From: an uncultured Paludibacter sp. | GTDB lineage: Bacteria > Bacteroidota > Bacteroidia > Bacteroidales > Paludibacteraceae | Length of the DNA: 64,000 nucleotides | Direction of reading: 5' to 3' | NCBI GenBank assembly: GCA_964634605.1 | Contig: CAZWLJ010000005.1 | Location: 27,568 to 91,567, forward strand | Shown here: positions 1 to 10,725 of the stretch, piece by piece | Numbering within the stretch: position 1 is the stretch's first letter | Layout: every line of letters starts with the position of its first letter | Translations under genes and position numbers: made by a program | The notes under the pieces: generated by a model | Database searches by the model: none | The model's input: the letters and a program-made list of their open reading frames with translations, nothing else | What the model was told of the DNA's origin: nothing

Positions 1-1
1 T

Positions 2-2242
2 TTGCTTAAGTTCTCCATGCTGGATAACGCCTATACCATTGTAAAACTGTCAAATTACAATTACGACGGAGTGCTGGTTGAAGAGACGGCTATGCGTCAG
101 GAAACGGCACTGGCATCCGTTGATACCGTTTCGTTCGACAAAGACAGCAAACTGCCTACAAGTCCGTACTGGAATTATTACCGTCAGAAGGGAATTCATC
201 TGGTAAAGGATAACACCCCGAAGACGATTGTGTATTTTACCGAAGAATTCATCAATAAGGCAGGCCTTACCGCTGAAGATTTTACTACCCTTACCAACGG
301 CAAAACACGGGCGAAAGGCGACGTGTATGTGTTTGACAAAAAGATTATCAAGCCCAATATCAGATGTAAAAACGGTTATATACATGTCATTGAAAGCGTG
401 CTGACTCCTCCGCGGAATATGGCAGAGTACATACAGGATAATCCAGACACCAAAATCTTTTCGAAATTGCTCGATCGGTTTTGCGTGATGGTTTACGATA
501 ACGCCACCACTGTGTTGTATAAAAACAAGCATCCCGAATTTAGCGATTCTATCTTCATAAAATCATACTATGCATCCAACGGGGGAGTTACCAGACCTCT
601 CGATGCCAAACATGTGGAAATAGTCAACGCACAGGCAGTGAAAAACCTGCTCCCGTATAATCCGGGATGGAACGGATACAGAGCCGGAGCCCTGGAATCG
701 GATATGGCAGCCATGTTTGTGCCTACCGACGAGGCTATGAATAATTATTTCAACAGCGGAGTAGGAGCAATCCTGAAAGACCGGTTTGGCTCATGGGACA
801 ATGTGCCCGACGAAATCATTCTCCCGTTTATTAAAAGACACATGCGCACATCCATGCTCGAATCTGTGCCGAGCAGATTCTCAAAAATGGTGGATGGCGA
901 AAATTATGCACTGCCCGTGCAGAAAAGCCATATAGTAAGTTCATACATGGCTTCCAACGGGAATGTGTATATTACCAATGATGTCTATCCGCCGGTCGAC
1001 TACATATCGGTATACAGCCCCGTGCTGCTGAGTTCCAACTCAAAAATAATGAACTGGGCTATCAACTTATCGCAGCGAAGCGTCGACGGAACCATGTTCG
1101 CGTTCTATAAACTCTATTTGAACTCGCTCGTTAGCAAGTACAGCCTGTTTGTACCTACCGATGAATATTTCACAAAATATATCGACCCGATAGCATACGG
1201 GCAGGAAGTGTCGGGAGTACTGAAATATTGGTACAATGAAAAAAACTCCACAGTCAACGCTACAGTTTACAGATATGACAAAACCAACGATATTGTTGGC
1301 GACTCTGTAGATATTATTACAAGCAGTACATTTCTCCAAAACAGGCTGTGGGATATACTTGACAGCCACATTGTAGTAGGTGATGTGGAATCCGGAAAGG
1401 AATATTACGTTACCAAAGCCAATGATTTAATCCGTGTTTCGGGTAAGGGAAATTCGATGGTGGTAAAAGGCGGTGGCGACCAGACAAGAAACACAGCATC
1501 GAATGTGAAAAACGTATTCCGCCAGTACAACGGTTCAACCTACTTCCTCGACAAGCAAATTCAGCCCGCGATTAAATCGGTTTACAAGATATTGAGTGAA
1601 AATCCTGAATTCTCCATGTTTTTCGAGTTGCTCAACGGAGTACCCGAAGGCAATATTGTACAGATATTTGCACAGCAGGGTATCGACTACCGGATAAAAT
1701 TCTTCAATGCGTTCAGATATACCGTGTATGTGCCAACCAACGCGGCGGTACAGAGAGCCATCGACAATAAAGTGATTAAAACCTGGCAGGAAATCAGCAC
1801 ATTGACCGGTACCGAAAAAGAAAAGGCCGTTTCCGGAATGATCAATTTCCTGAAATACCATTTTCAGGACGACGCGGTGTTCTTCGGCGATACTTTCAAC
1901 GGTCACTATCAGTCGGCAACATTAAAAACCACGACAAATCAGACCCGCTTCGGAACCGTAAAAAACAAATATTACAAACTCGGAGTAACAGGTAACGCTT
2001 CGTCCATCCAAATCACAATGGATACTCCGGCAGAAGTTACGGCGAGAACTGCCAGTGTGGTTACAACCAACGGATTGTACAATATCATTGCTAAAGATTA
2101 TATTTTTGCCAAACTGCCTTCAGCTTACAAATATGTCGACGGAACAGGATCGCTTACCGGTTCGTTATTCAACACATCATCCATCTCCACGTCAGCTTCT
2201 GCAGTAATTCACCAAATTGATAACGTTTTGACATTCGAATAA
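2..2242 (+). CDS. Fasciclin (FAS1)-repeat protein, 5' end cut by window edge
   Basis: The frame is open from the window edge to TAA at 2240-2242. It has repeated FAS1-type motifs (MFVPTDEAMNNYF, SLFVPTDEYF, YTVYVPTNAAVQRAI; NGYIHVIESVL). The stop lies 5 nt before the SusC-like start. Confidence 0.8.
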   Translation: MLKFSMLDNAYTIVKLSNYNYDGVLVEETAMRQETALASVDTVSFDKDSKLPTSPYWNYYRQKGIHLVKDNTPKTIVYFTEEFINKAGLTAEDFTTLTNGKTRAKGDVYVFDKKIIKPNIRCKNGYIHVIESVLTPPRNMAEYIQDNPDTKIFSKLLDRFCVMVYDNATTVLYKNKHPEFSDSIFIKSYYASNGGVTRPLDAKHVEIVNAQAVKNLLPYNPGWNGYRAGALESDMAAMFVPTDEAMNNYFNSGVGAILKDRFGSWDNVPDEIILPFIKRHMRTSMLESVPSRFSKMVDGENYALPVQKSHIVSSYMASNGNVYITNDVYPPVDYISVYSPVLLSSNSKIMNWAINLSQRSVDGTMFAFYKLYLNSLVSKYSLFVPTDEYFTKYIDPIAYGQEVSGVLKYWYNEKNSTVNATVYRYDKTNDIVGDSVDIITSSTFLQNRLWDILDSHIVVGDVESGKEYYVTKANDLIRVSGKGNSMVVKGGGDQTRNTASNVKNVFRQYNGSTYFLDKQIQPAIKSVYKILSENPEFSMFFELLNGVPEGNIVQIFAQQGIDYRIKFFNAFRYTVYVPTNAAVQRAIDNKVIKTWQEISTLTGTEKEKAVSGMINFLKYHFQDDAVFFGDTFNGHYQSATLKTTTNQTRFGTVKNKYYKLGVTGNASSIQITMDTPAEVTARTASVVTTNGLYNIIAKDYIFAKLPSAYKYVDGTGSLTGSLFNTSSISTSASAVIHQIDNVLTFE

Positions 2243-2247
2243 TTATA

Positions 2248-5200
2248 ATGAAAAAAGCACAAAGATTAACAGTTATAACATTATCATTCTTGCTTGCTTT
2301 GACCGTTACCCCTTTCAGTTTTGGGCAGAGTACAGGTGGAGATAATATAATTCAGGGTACCGTTTCATCAGCTACTGACGGCGAACTACTCATCGGTGCA
2401 AGTGTAACCGAGGTGGATGCAAACAATCGTGTAATCAGTGGAACTACAACCGATATCAACGGCCGGTTCGTGCTTAAGGTAAGAAATCTGAATGGCAGAA
2501 TTACAGTGGCTTATGTGGGATTCGACAAGCAGAACGTCCGGATTAATAACCGCAAAACAATTGATGTGTCGCTGGTGGAAAAAGACAACACCATGCAGGC
2601 AGTGGAGGTAGTGGCACAGAAACGGCAAACTCAGGGAGGTTTCAGTATCCCTGAAAGGGAAGTTTCCACTGCCATTCAAAAGATTGACACCAAGGAGTTT
2701 GAGGGATTGCAGGTATCTTCCATCGACGAAGCGCTTCAGGGACGAATAGCCGGGCTGGATATTGTAGCCAACTCAAGCGACCCGGGAACGGGTACCTCCA
2801 TGCGTATCAGGGGGGTAACTTCCATTACCGGAAGCAGCCAGCCTTTGATTGTGGTCAACGGTGTTCCCTACGATATTCAGGTGGATCCGAATTTTGACTT
2901 TGCAAATTCCAACCAGGAACAGTACGCCAATATGCTCAGTATCAATCCGGATGATATCCTGGATATTTCGGTACTCAAAGATGCAGGAGCAGCTGCCATC
3001 TGGGGCTCCAAAGGAGCCAACGGGGTATTGATGATTTCGACCAAAAGAGGAACCAGCGGACCTACACGCATTGATTATTCATATCGTTTTACACGCACTG
3101 TACAGCCCAGGGGAATGAATATGCTCAACGGAGATGACTTTACAATGCTGATGAAAGAAGCCTATTTCAATCCGCGTCAGGATAAACTCGCTTCTAACAT
3201 TCCCGAATACAACTACGATACCAACAATCCGGATTATGAAAACTACAACAACAACACCGATTGGGTGAAGGAAGTTACACAGCCCGGAAATATCAACGAC
3301 CACTACGTGACCATTTCAGGGGGAGGCGAACGGGCAAACTACAGAGTTTCGGGAGGTTATCTTTATCAAAACGGGACCATTATCGGCCAGAAATACAACA
3401 GGATATCCTCGCGTGCCAACCTGGACTACCGAGTATCCGACCGTATTCGGTTCGGAGCCGAATTTTCACTGACAAATTCTGATAACGATAAGAATCATGC
3501 CGGGATGAAAATTGAAGGGGTGAACTGGCCTTCAATCTTAAACCTGGCTTATCAGAAAATGCCCAACGTAAGTGTGTATGCCCAGGATAAGGAAGGGAAT
3601 AATACCGACATGTATTACAATATTCCAAGAGATTCGAGGCTGAGCTACGACCAGAAATACATGGCTAATCCGGTAGCTCTGGCCAAGCTCGCTAAATTCA
3701 ATGAAAAAGCATTCCGCATTACCCCGACATTCCGGCTGATCTACGATATTCTCGATCCGAACAAGCATATGCTTCGTTTCAACTCGTTTATTTCTTTCGA
3801 TATCAACAACAGTAAAGTATCACGCTTTTTACCCCAGGAAGTTAACAATGCTTACTGGGATGAAACCAACAGGGCTGAAGACGGGGAATCCGAGAGCCTG
3901 AACATTTTCATGGACAACAACCTGGCGTGGCAGCCGAAATTTGAAAATTCGGATCACAGTCTGTTATTGTACGGTTCATTTCAGATGAGTACCGGTAATT
4001 CTTCCTGGCAGAATATTTTATCATACACCCTGCCCTCTGGTGCTGCTCCCGATGCTTCAAACGATGCTTTCCTCACTGATGGCGGCTCCGCCCACTCATC
4101 ATGGCGGTCGCTTGCATACATGTTTCGTGGTCACTACGCCTATAAATCAAGATACATAGCCGATTTAACATACCGCATCGACGGGAGTACCAAATTCGGT
4201 GAAGCAAATAAGTACGGACATTTTCCGGGTGTTTCGCTTAAGTACATATTCTCCGACGAGCCTTTTATTAAAGAAAAAGCACCCTGGCTTACCATGTTTG
4301 CTGTACGTCCGGCATGGGGAATGAGCGGTAATCAGCCCGGAGCAGAGTACCTGCATTACAGCCGGTATCAGAATTACGGAACTTACATAGATATGAATGC
4401 CGTAAGACCCGGCACGCTCAAACTGCAGAACCTGAAATGGGAAACCACCAATTCTTTCAACCTCGGGTTTGATATAGGATTCTGGGACAAATATATTTTC
4501 GATATCAATCTCTACCGGAAAAACACCAAGGATTTATTGTTCCCCAACGTGGCTATTTCTCAGATATCCGGATTCAGCTCCTTATCTTATATCAACGGGG
4601 GAGTAATGGACAATTCAGGCTGGGAAGTCAATTTCTATGCAAACAGATTCATTCAAAGCCGCGATTTCAGTGTTGATTTTTCGTTCAACCTGTCAAACTA
4701 CACCAATGTACTTGTCGATTTGTATCAGGGCATTCTGGATAGCTATAATGGTGATTTCAACTACCAGAACGGCTCTTACCTGACCCGCATCCAGAAAGGG
4801 AATTCATTCGGATCCATTTACGGATTCAGGTACAAGGGTGTGTATCAGTACGATAAGTTTGTTCCCGGATCACAGGAAAATGCACCGGTAGCCAGAGATG
4901 CATCGGGAAATGTGATTCTGGATCAGAACAACGATCCGAAATATATGTATTTTGCCTACGGACAGACCACGAAATACCGCTTCAGGGGAGGCGATGCCAT
5001 CTACGATGATATCAATAACGACGGAAGCATAGATGAACTCGATATTGTGTACCTCGGCAACGCTAATCCGAAAATCAACGGGGGATTCGGACCTACATTC
5101 AGGTACAGGAATTTTTATATGAAGATGTTTTTCAACTTCAGGTACGGCAATAAAATCATTAATATGGCCAGGATGTATGCTGAGAATATGTACGACGACA

Positions 5201-5568
5201 ACAACCAGAGTATAGCTGTAAACTGGCGCTGGAGAGTTGATGGAGATGTTACTGAAATGCCCCGCGCATTATATCGCGAAGGTTTCAACTGGCTCGGGAG
5301 CGACCGTTACGTGGAAGATGGCTCGTTTCTCAGGTTCAAATACCTCACGTTCAACTATTCATTCCCGAATAACGTGCTGAAACCTCTGAATCTCGAAAAG
5401 GTGAACCTCTATCTGACATTCAATAATTTGCTGGTTTTTACCAAATATACCGGAGTAGATCCCGAAGTTGGATACGGAGCCCTGACCTCCAACCGCGGAC
5501 TAAGTGTGGATAACTCTGCTACTCCGCGCACCAGGGACTTTACATTCGGCATTTCAATAGGATTATAA
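2248..5568 (+). CDS. susC: SusC/RagA-family TonB-linked outer membrane transporter
   Basis: 1106 aa. It has a signal peptide, an N-terminal carboxypeptidase-regulatory-like segment (IQGTVSSATDGELLIGASV), a plug region (MRIRGVTSITGSSQPLIVVNGVP) and a long beta-barrel ending in an aromatic/aliphatic C-terminus. A SusD-like gene follows immediately. Confidence 0.92.
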   Translation: MKKAQRLTVITLSFLLALTVTPFSFGQSTGGDNIIQGTVSSATDGELLIGASVTEVDANNRVISGTTTDINGRFVLKVRNLNGRITVAYVGFDKQNVRINNRKTIDVSLVEKDNTMQAVEVVAQKRQTQGGFSIPEREVSTAIQKIDTKEFEGLQVSSIDEALQGRIAGLDIVANSSDPGTGTSMRIRGVTSITGSSQPLIVVNGVPYDIQVDPNFDFANSNQEQYANMLSINPDDILDISVLKDAGAAAIWGSKGANGVLMISTKRGTSGPTRIDYSYRFTRTVQPRGMNMLNGDDFTMLMKEAYFNPRQDKLASNIPEYNYDTNNPDYENYNNNTDWVKEVTQPGNINDHYVTISGGGERANYRVSGGYLYQNGTIIGQKYNRISSRANLDYRVSDRIRFGAEFSLTNSDNDKNHAGMKIEGVNWPSILNLAYQKMPNVSVYAQDKEGNNTDMYYNIPRDSRLSYDQKYMANPVALAKLAKFNEKAFRITPTFRLIYDILDPNKHMLRFNSFISFDINNSKVSRFLPQEVNNAYWDETNRAEDGESESLNIFMDNNLAWQPKFENSDHSLLLYGSFQMSTGNSSWQNILSYTLPSGAAPDASNDAFLTDGGSAHSSWRSLAYMFRGHYAYKSRYIADLTYRIDGSTKFGEANKYGHFPGVSLKYIFSDEPFIKEKAPWLTMFAVRPAWGMSGNQPGAEYLHYSRYQNYGTYIDMNAVRPGTLKLQNLKWETTNSFNLGFDIGFWDKYIFDINLYRKNTKDLLFPNVAISQISGFSSLSYINGGVMDNSGWEVNFYANRFIQSRDFSVDFSFNLSNYTNVLVDLYQGILDSYNGDFNYQNGSYLTRIQKGNSFGSIYGFRYKGVYQYDKFVPGSQENAPVARDASGNVILDQNNDPKYMYFAYGQTTKYRFRGGDAIYDDINNDGSIDELDIVYLGNANPKINGGFGPTFRYRNFYMKMFFNFRYGNKIINMARMYAENMYDDNNQSIAVNWRWRVDGDVTEMPRALYREGFNWLGSDRYVEDGSFLRFKYLTFNYSFPNNVLKPLNLEKVNLYLTFNNLLVFTKYTGVDPEVGYGALTSNRGLSVDNSATPRTRDFTFGISIGL

Positions 5569-5579
5569 CAAACGAAAAT

Positions 5580-7160
5580 ATGAAAACGAAAATTATAATA
5601 TTCAGTTTTTTTGTGGCTTTGTTGAGTTTTTCGGCTTGTACCGAATGGCTCAATACAAAACCCGAAAGTGAAATCATACTTGAAGAATACTGGAAATCCG
5701 AATCGGACGTACAGGCTGTACTCGCCGCCTGTTATCGCGGACTCACAGAGCCGGGTGTAATCTACAGAATGATAGTGTGGGGCGAACTGAGATCAGACAA
5801 CATGATCAATGGTTCAGGTTTCCCGAGCGAACTGTATGATATGCAGCGGATACTTGAAGGCAACCTCACCACCGTGAATACATATGCATCATGGGGATCT
5901 TTTTATACCGTAATCAATTATTGCAATACGCTGCTGCATTACGCACCCACGGTACCCGAACGTGATAATAACTTTACAGAATTTGACCTGAAACGCGTAC
6001 AGGCCGAAGCGTTGACCATAAGGGCCCTCGCGTATTTCTACCTCGTTCGGGCGTTCAGGGAAGTGCCATGGATAGAAGATGCAAGTATAAATGACACGCA
6101 GAATTATCAAAAACCGAAAAATAACGAGGAAACAATCATCAGCAATATCATTCGCGATCTGCTGATTGCCGCTGACAATGCTCCGCTTGATTATGGAAAC
6201 ACCGAATACAACAAGGGACGCGTTACCCTCGGCATGGTCAACAGTCTGCTTGCCGATGTGTATCTGTGGAAACAGGATTACGATAAGTGTATCGAAGCCT
6301 GCGACCGTGTGCTGGCAAACAAGGAATACTCCCTTGCAGAGGGAAGGAATTTACTGAGTCAGGTCTTTTATCTCGGAAATTCCGACGAAAGTATATTTGA
6401 ATTGCAGTTCAAAGAGAATGTGAACGAAAACCGGGCTGTTCAGGAGTTGTACGGAAGTTCTTCGAAAAGAATGGGTTCCATCGGATTCCCGACCACACTG
6501 ACTCACGATGCAGGACCCCCTACAAATGCACCCGGCGCCTATAGCCCGTTTGTGTACAAAGTCAACTCTAACGTGATCGAAAGTGAGAAGGACGTGAGAG
6601 CTACCGATTTTTATTTCAGTTTCGGTGGAAATTTCTTCATATTCAAGTATGCCGGAGTACAGCGACTGGAATCAACAGCCGGAACAAGCGTGTATAATCA
6701 TCGCTCAAATACGCCTAACTGGATTATTTACAGACTCTCTGACGTAATGCTTATGAAGTCCGAAGCCCTGGTGCAGAAAGACGGGAAAGATAATTTCAAT
6801 AAAGCTATGGAATTGATAAACGAAACATACCTCCGTTCCAACGAAGATGCCGATTCGCTCAAAACAGTCAATTATCCCACAAAGTTAGAGATGGAAAAAC
6901 TGGTGCTGCGCGAACGGCAGAGAGAGTTGCTTTTCGAAGGGAAACGATGGTTCGACCTGATGAGAGTAGCCCGGCGCGAAAATTCGACTTACACACTGAA
7001 TTCGTATGTCGATCATAAATTGTCTTCAGCCACATCAGCCACATTAGGGGCACTCGTGATGGATGCCATGTATATGCCAATCTCCAGATGGGAGATTGAA
7101 GCCAATCCAAAGCTGACTCAGAATCCATTTTATGAAGAAAACAATTCTTCGTCACGTTAA
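5580..7160 (+). CDS. susD: SusD/RagB-family nutrient-binding lipoprotein
   Basis: 526 aa with a lipoprotein signal (LLSFSAC). It sits 11 nt after the SusC-like gene and carries the SusD-typical C-terminal motif GKRWFDLMRVARR. Confidence 0.9.
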   Translation: MKTKIIIFSFFVALLSFSACTEWLNTKPESEIILEEYWKSESDVQAVLAACYRGLTEPGVIYRMIVWGELRSDNMINGSGFPSELYDMQRILEGNLTTVNTYASWGSFYTVINYCNTLLHYAPTVPERDNNFTEFDLKRVQAEALTIRALAYFYLVRAFREVPWIEDASINDTQNYQKPKNNEETIISNIIRDLLIAADNAPLDYGNTEYNKGRVTLGMVNSLLADVYLWKQDYDKCIEACDRVLANKEYSLAEGRNLLSQVFYLGNSDESIFELQFKENVNENRAVQELYGSSSKRMGSIGFPTTLTHDAGPPTNAPGAYSPFVYKVNSNVIESEKDVRATDFYFSFGGNFFIFKYAGVQRLESTAGTSVYNHRSNTPNWIIYRLSDVMLMKSEALVQKDGKDNFNKAMELINETYLRSNEDADSLKTVNYPTKLEMEKLVLRERQRELLFEGKRWFDLMRVARRENSTYTLNSYVDHKLSSATSATLGALVMDAMYMPISRWEIEANPKLTQNPFYEENNSSSR

Positions 7161-7166
7161 TAAAAA

Positions 7167-9098
7167 ATGCGAATAAATATGGAAACAATTACAAAAATCG
7201 CGATAAAAATACGCAGGCAGTTTCAAATCATGCTTGTGATACTTGGGGGGAGTTTCTTCCTGCTTTCATCCTGTAATTCCGACCAGGTTGGAGAAAACCT
7301 GTACACATTCCAGAGTAAAATGATGGGGCAGTTTCTTGCCGATTCTGCCGAATTTTCGGAATTTGCCCGGTTGCTCGATACAACAAAAGTGATCTCGCTG
7401 CTCAATACGTATGGCACATACACATGCTTTGCGCCTACAAATGACGCCATGAAAGCTTTCTACAAGGCCAGAGGAAAAAAATCGATGGACGAATTCTCAC
7501 TCGATTCGCTGAAACTGATTGCTTATGATCACCTGATCAACGGAGCTGAAGTCCTCTACTCCAATTTCGTGGTCGGCCGTTTGCCGCAAATGTCCATGAG
7601 CGACAGGTATCTGGCTATTTCATTCGGCCAGAATGGCGAAGCATTTGTCAACAAGACCTCAAAAATTATTCAGAACAATGTAGTGGTTCACAACGGTGTC
7701 ATTCATTTTATCGATGAGGTGCTCAATCCTACCCGCGAAGGAATTGTGGAGGTGATTTCGGCTGATCCGAAGTTTTCACTGTTCTACGAAGCACTTCTGG
7801 CTACCGGCCTGGCCGATTCGCTCGTAAGGTACAAGGACGATACCTATGATCCCGAAGACTTCAGGCATCTCATTACCGTAACACGCGAATCAAACCAGTG
7901 GTATTACCATGAAATACCCCTGTCGAGAAAATTTGGCTATACTTTGTTTGTCGAAAGCAATGATACGTATGCCAAAAACGGGATAACCGATCTGGCAAGT
8001 CTGAAGACTTATGCAGCCGGTATTTACAACACCGTATATCCCGACGATGCAAACATTACCAGCATAACAGATCCGCGTAACAGCCTGAACCGTTTCATCG
8101 CATATCATATTATCAATAAGCAGATGAGTTATTCAAAACTCATTGATGCTTACGATACAGGTCATATGCTCAAAACGATAGATATGTATGAATATCTTGA
8201 AACCATGTGCCCCAATACACTCATAGAAGTGAAAAAGGACAGGCTGAAAGGTAAGACAAATATTCTGAATTATATCAGGGAAACAGGCAAATACATAAAC
8301 ATCACAACCAATTACGATAATGATGCTGTAAACGGCGTTTATCACGAAATTGACGGAATACTGGCTTACGACCAGAATGTGGAAGCCGAACATTCCACCA
8401 AGCGTTTACGCTTTGACGGATCAAGTTTCTTCCCCGAACTTACAAACAACAATATGCGCGGCAGAGGAATCACGAGTCCGGGCCCGGGTCCGAACCTGCA
8501 GTTTAAATTGCCCCGTAATTACATCGACAGGTTAAGTACTTCGGAGCAAACCGTAGTAAGTTACCTCACAGCCGATGCAAGATATCAGAATTACGAAGGG
8601 GATGAAATTTTCCTGGGAGCCACTTCAGGAAATCTGTATGACTTCTCCATCATTACTCCGCCCATACCGGCCGGAACGTATGAGGTTCGCTTCGGATACC
8701 TCACTAACGGTAAACGGGGAGTTGCTCAGCTTTATCTGGATAATATCCCGGCAGGAGTACCTCTTAACCTGAACAATTACGCTACCGACGTATCCATCGG
8801 GTACGAAACTCCCCGTACCGTACAGGCTGACATGGAGGGATTCGAAAACGATAAAATGATGCGTAACAGGGGATTCATGAAAGGACCGGCTTGCTATAAG
8901 GTAGTTCAGACCGGTTGGTCCGACGGAGAAAATGCCCGGTTCAGTCCGGCAGCGCTCAGAAGAATAATGGGAACTTACATTTTTCACGAACCAACCAATC
9001 ATGTGCTTACCGTAAAAGGATTGAGCGGAGGTGAGTTTATGTTTGATTATCTCGAATTTGTTCCTACCAGCGTACTGGAAAGCGAAGACATCTATTAA
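7167..9098 (+). CDS. Fasciclin (FAS1) domain lipoprotein with a C-terminal beta-rich module
   Basis: 643 aa with a lipobox (FFLLSSC, followed by NSDQ) and FAS1 motifs (YTCFAPTNDAMKAFY, VHNGVIHFIDEVLNP). The start could also be 7179. Confidence 0.8.
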   Translation: MRINMETITKIAIKIRRQFQIMLVILGGSFFLLSSCNSDQVGENLYTFQSKMMGQFLADSAEFSEFARLLDTTKVISLLNTYGTYTCFAPTNDAMKAFYKARGKKSMDEFSLDSLKLIAYDHLINGAEVLYSNFVVGRLPQMSMSDRYLAISFGQNGEAFVNKTSKIIQNNVVVHNGVIHFIDEVLNPTREGIVEVISADPKFSLFYEALLATGLADSLVRYKDDTYDPEDFRHLITVTRESNQWYYHEIPLSRKFGYTLFVESNDTYAKNGITDLASLKTYAAGIYNTVYPDDANITSITDPRNSLNRFIAYHIINKQMSYSKLIDAYDTGHMLKTIDMYEYLETMCPNTLIEVKKDRLKGKTNILNYIRETGKYINITTNYDNDAVNGVYHEIDGILAYDQNVEAEHSTKRLRFDGSSFFPELTNNNMRGRGITSPGPGPNLQFKLPRNYIDRLSTSEQTVVSYLTADARYQNYEGDEIFLGATSGNLYDFSIITPPIPAGTYEVRFGYLTNGKRGVAQLYLDNIPAGVPLNLNNYATDVSIGYETPRTVQADMEGFENDKMMRNRGFMKGPACYKVVQTGWSDGENARFSPAALRRIMGTYIFHEPTNHVLTVKGLSGGEFMFDYLEFVPTSVLESEDIY

Positions 9099-9129
9099 TA
9101 ATGCGATTAAAATATACAATAATATAAAA

Positions 9130-10698
9130 ATGGCTATGAAACTTAGATATTATGGTGCTTTGATGCTGGTATCTGTGCTGGCTGCGTTCACTGTTACTTC
9201 GTGCAGCGAAGAATGGGATGCGCACTACCATTCATTACCGGCCGATAAAAGTGAATTGAATCTGTATGATTTCATCAAATCACAGCCCGACCTGAGTACT
9301 TTCACCAAAATGCTCGAAACTACCGGGTATGATTCAATACTGAGCAAACCTCAGACTTTTACTGTCTGGGCACCATCCAACCAGGCATTGAGCGGATTGA
9401 ACACCGACGACTCCGGACTGGCATTGGAAATTGTAAAGAATCACATTACAATGTTTTCATATACTACTTCAGGTATCAGCCGGAGTGTAATGCTCATGCT
9501 GAACAACAAGCTTATCCCGTTCGAAAAACAGGTTGATGGATACTATTTCAACGAGAAAAAAATAACAACAGCTGATATGGCTGCAGCCAACGGAATGCTA
9601 CATATCATCGGAGGATACGCTCCTTATAAAAAGAATATCTGGGAATTTATTTACAGCGCACCGGGACTCGATTCGTTAAGAACATATATTAATTCGCTCA
9701 CCAGACAGGAGTTTGATGAAGAGAGAAGTTATAAAGACGGTGTATTTAAGGATTCTGTTTTCAAAACAACAAACCCTGTGCTCACGAGGCTGGCAAGCCT
9801 GAACGATGAAGACAGCCTGTACACGGCCATTCTGCCCGACAATAAGGCATGGACAGAGGCTTATAATAAGATATATCCATTTTTCAATACCACCCAAGCC
9901 GACGGAGGAGCGGTGCAGCAAAGAGCCTCTGCAAGCTGGACACTGGTGAAAGACTTGTTTTTCAGAAATAAAATACAGACTCCGTCGCCGGTTAATCCGC
10001 TCGTTTCCACATCGAATACAAAATTCTTCAATCCTGATTATCTGTTCAACGGATTGCAGCCATCTGTTATGAGCAACGGATTGTCATTTATCCGTAGTTC
10101 GTGGAATACTCCTGATACCGTTTCGTGGTTCAAACCTCTCAGAATTGAGGCTGAAAACACGTTTGGCCGGACACTCTCAAACCTGAGCGCGAGTGTCAAT
10201 TCAGGCGTTGGCACCGGCATATCGGTTTCAAACAATTATTATCTGGTTTTGAGAGACGCCTCATTGAACCAGCTTTCAAAACTATACGCCACCTATAGCA
10301 TTCCCAATACGCTTTCGGCCAGATACAACATTTATTGTGTCTTCGTACCGAAAAGCATTATCGACCCGAATGACAAAAAGCCCTATCAGGTGAAATTCTA
10401 CCTCACCTACACCAACAGCTCCGGTCAGCAGGTTGCAAATGCGGCGATTGGCGCTGCAAATAACGTACTGAAACCAAACGATCCTGCTGTAGCCGTATTC
10501 ACAACCGATCCGACTAAAGTACATAAAATGCTGGTTGTGAAGGATTTTACTTTCCCGTACAGCAATACAGTATTCAGTGCTGCCACAGTAGCCGATCTGG
10601 TAAAACAAATTAAGGTATCTCTGAGAATCGAGTCTGTAAATACTAAGGAAAAAGATGATATAATGATTGATTGCATCATTCTTGAACCGGTATTATAA
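9130..10698 (+). CDS. Fasciclin (FAS1) domain lipoprotein
   Basis: I trimmed the ORF track start (9031) to ATG 9130, because MAMKLRYYGALMLVSVLAAFTVTSC is a clean lipoprotein signal. The Cys is followed by the acidic SEEWD. FAS1 motifs are FTVWAPSNQALSGL and ANGMLHIIGGY. Confidence 0.8.
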   Translation: MAMKLRYYGALMLVSVLAAFTVTSCSEEWDAHYHSLPADKSELNLYDFIKSQPDLSTFTKMLETTGYDSILSKPQTFTVWAPSNQALSGLNTDDSGLALEIVKNHITMFSYTTSGISRSVMLMLNNKLIPFEKQVDGYYFNEKKITTADMAAANGMLHIIGGYAPYKKNIWEFIYSAPGLDSLRTYINSLTRQEFDEERSYKDGVFKDSVFKTTNPVLTRLASLNDEDSLYTAILPDNKAWTEAYNKIYPFFNTTQADGGAVQQRASASWTLVKDLFFRNKIQTPSPVNPLVSTSNTKFFNPDYLFNGLQPSVMSNGLSFIRSSWNTPDTVSWFKPLRIEAENTFGRTLSNLSASVNSGVGTGISVSNNYYLVLRDASLNQLSKLYATYSIPNTLSARYNIYCVFVPKSIIDPNDKKPYQVKFYLTYTNSSGQQVANAAIGAANNVLKPNDPAVAVFTTDPTKVHKMLVVKDFTFPYSNTVFSAATVADLVKQIKVSLRIESVNTKEKDDIMIDCIILEPVL

Positions 10699-10725
10699 AA
10701 ACCTTACAGTGAAAAGCATCAGAAA

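Noticed and set aside
9031-9129. N-terminal extensions proposed by the ORF track: 9031 for the third FAS1 gene, GTG 45494 for ansA, and 56261 for folP
   Set aside because: The 9031 extension overlaps the upstream gene. The other two contain a -7 promoter box. The internal ATGs give clean signal peptides or canonical N-termini.
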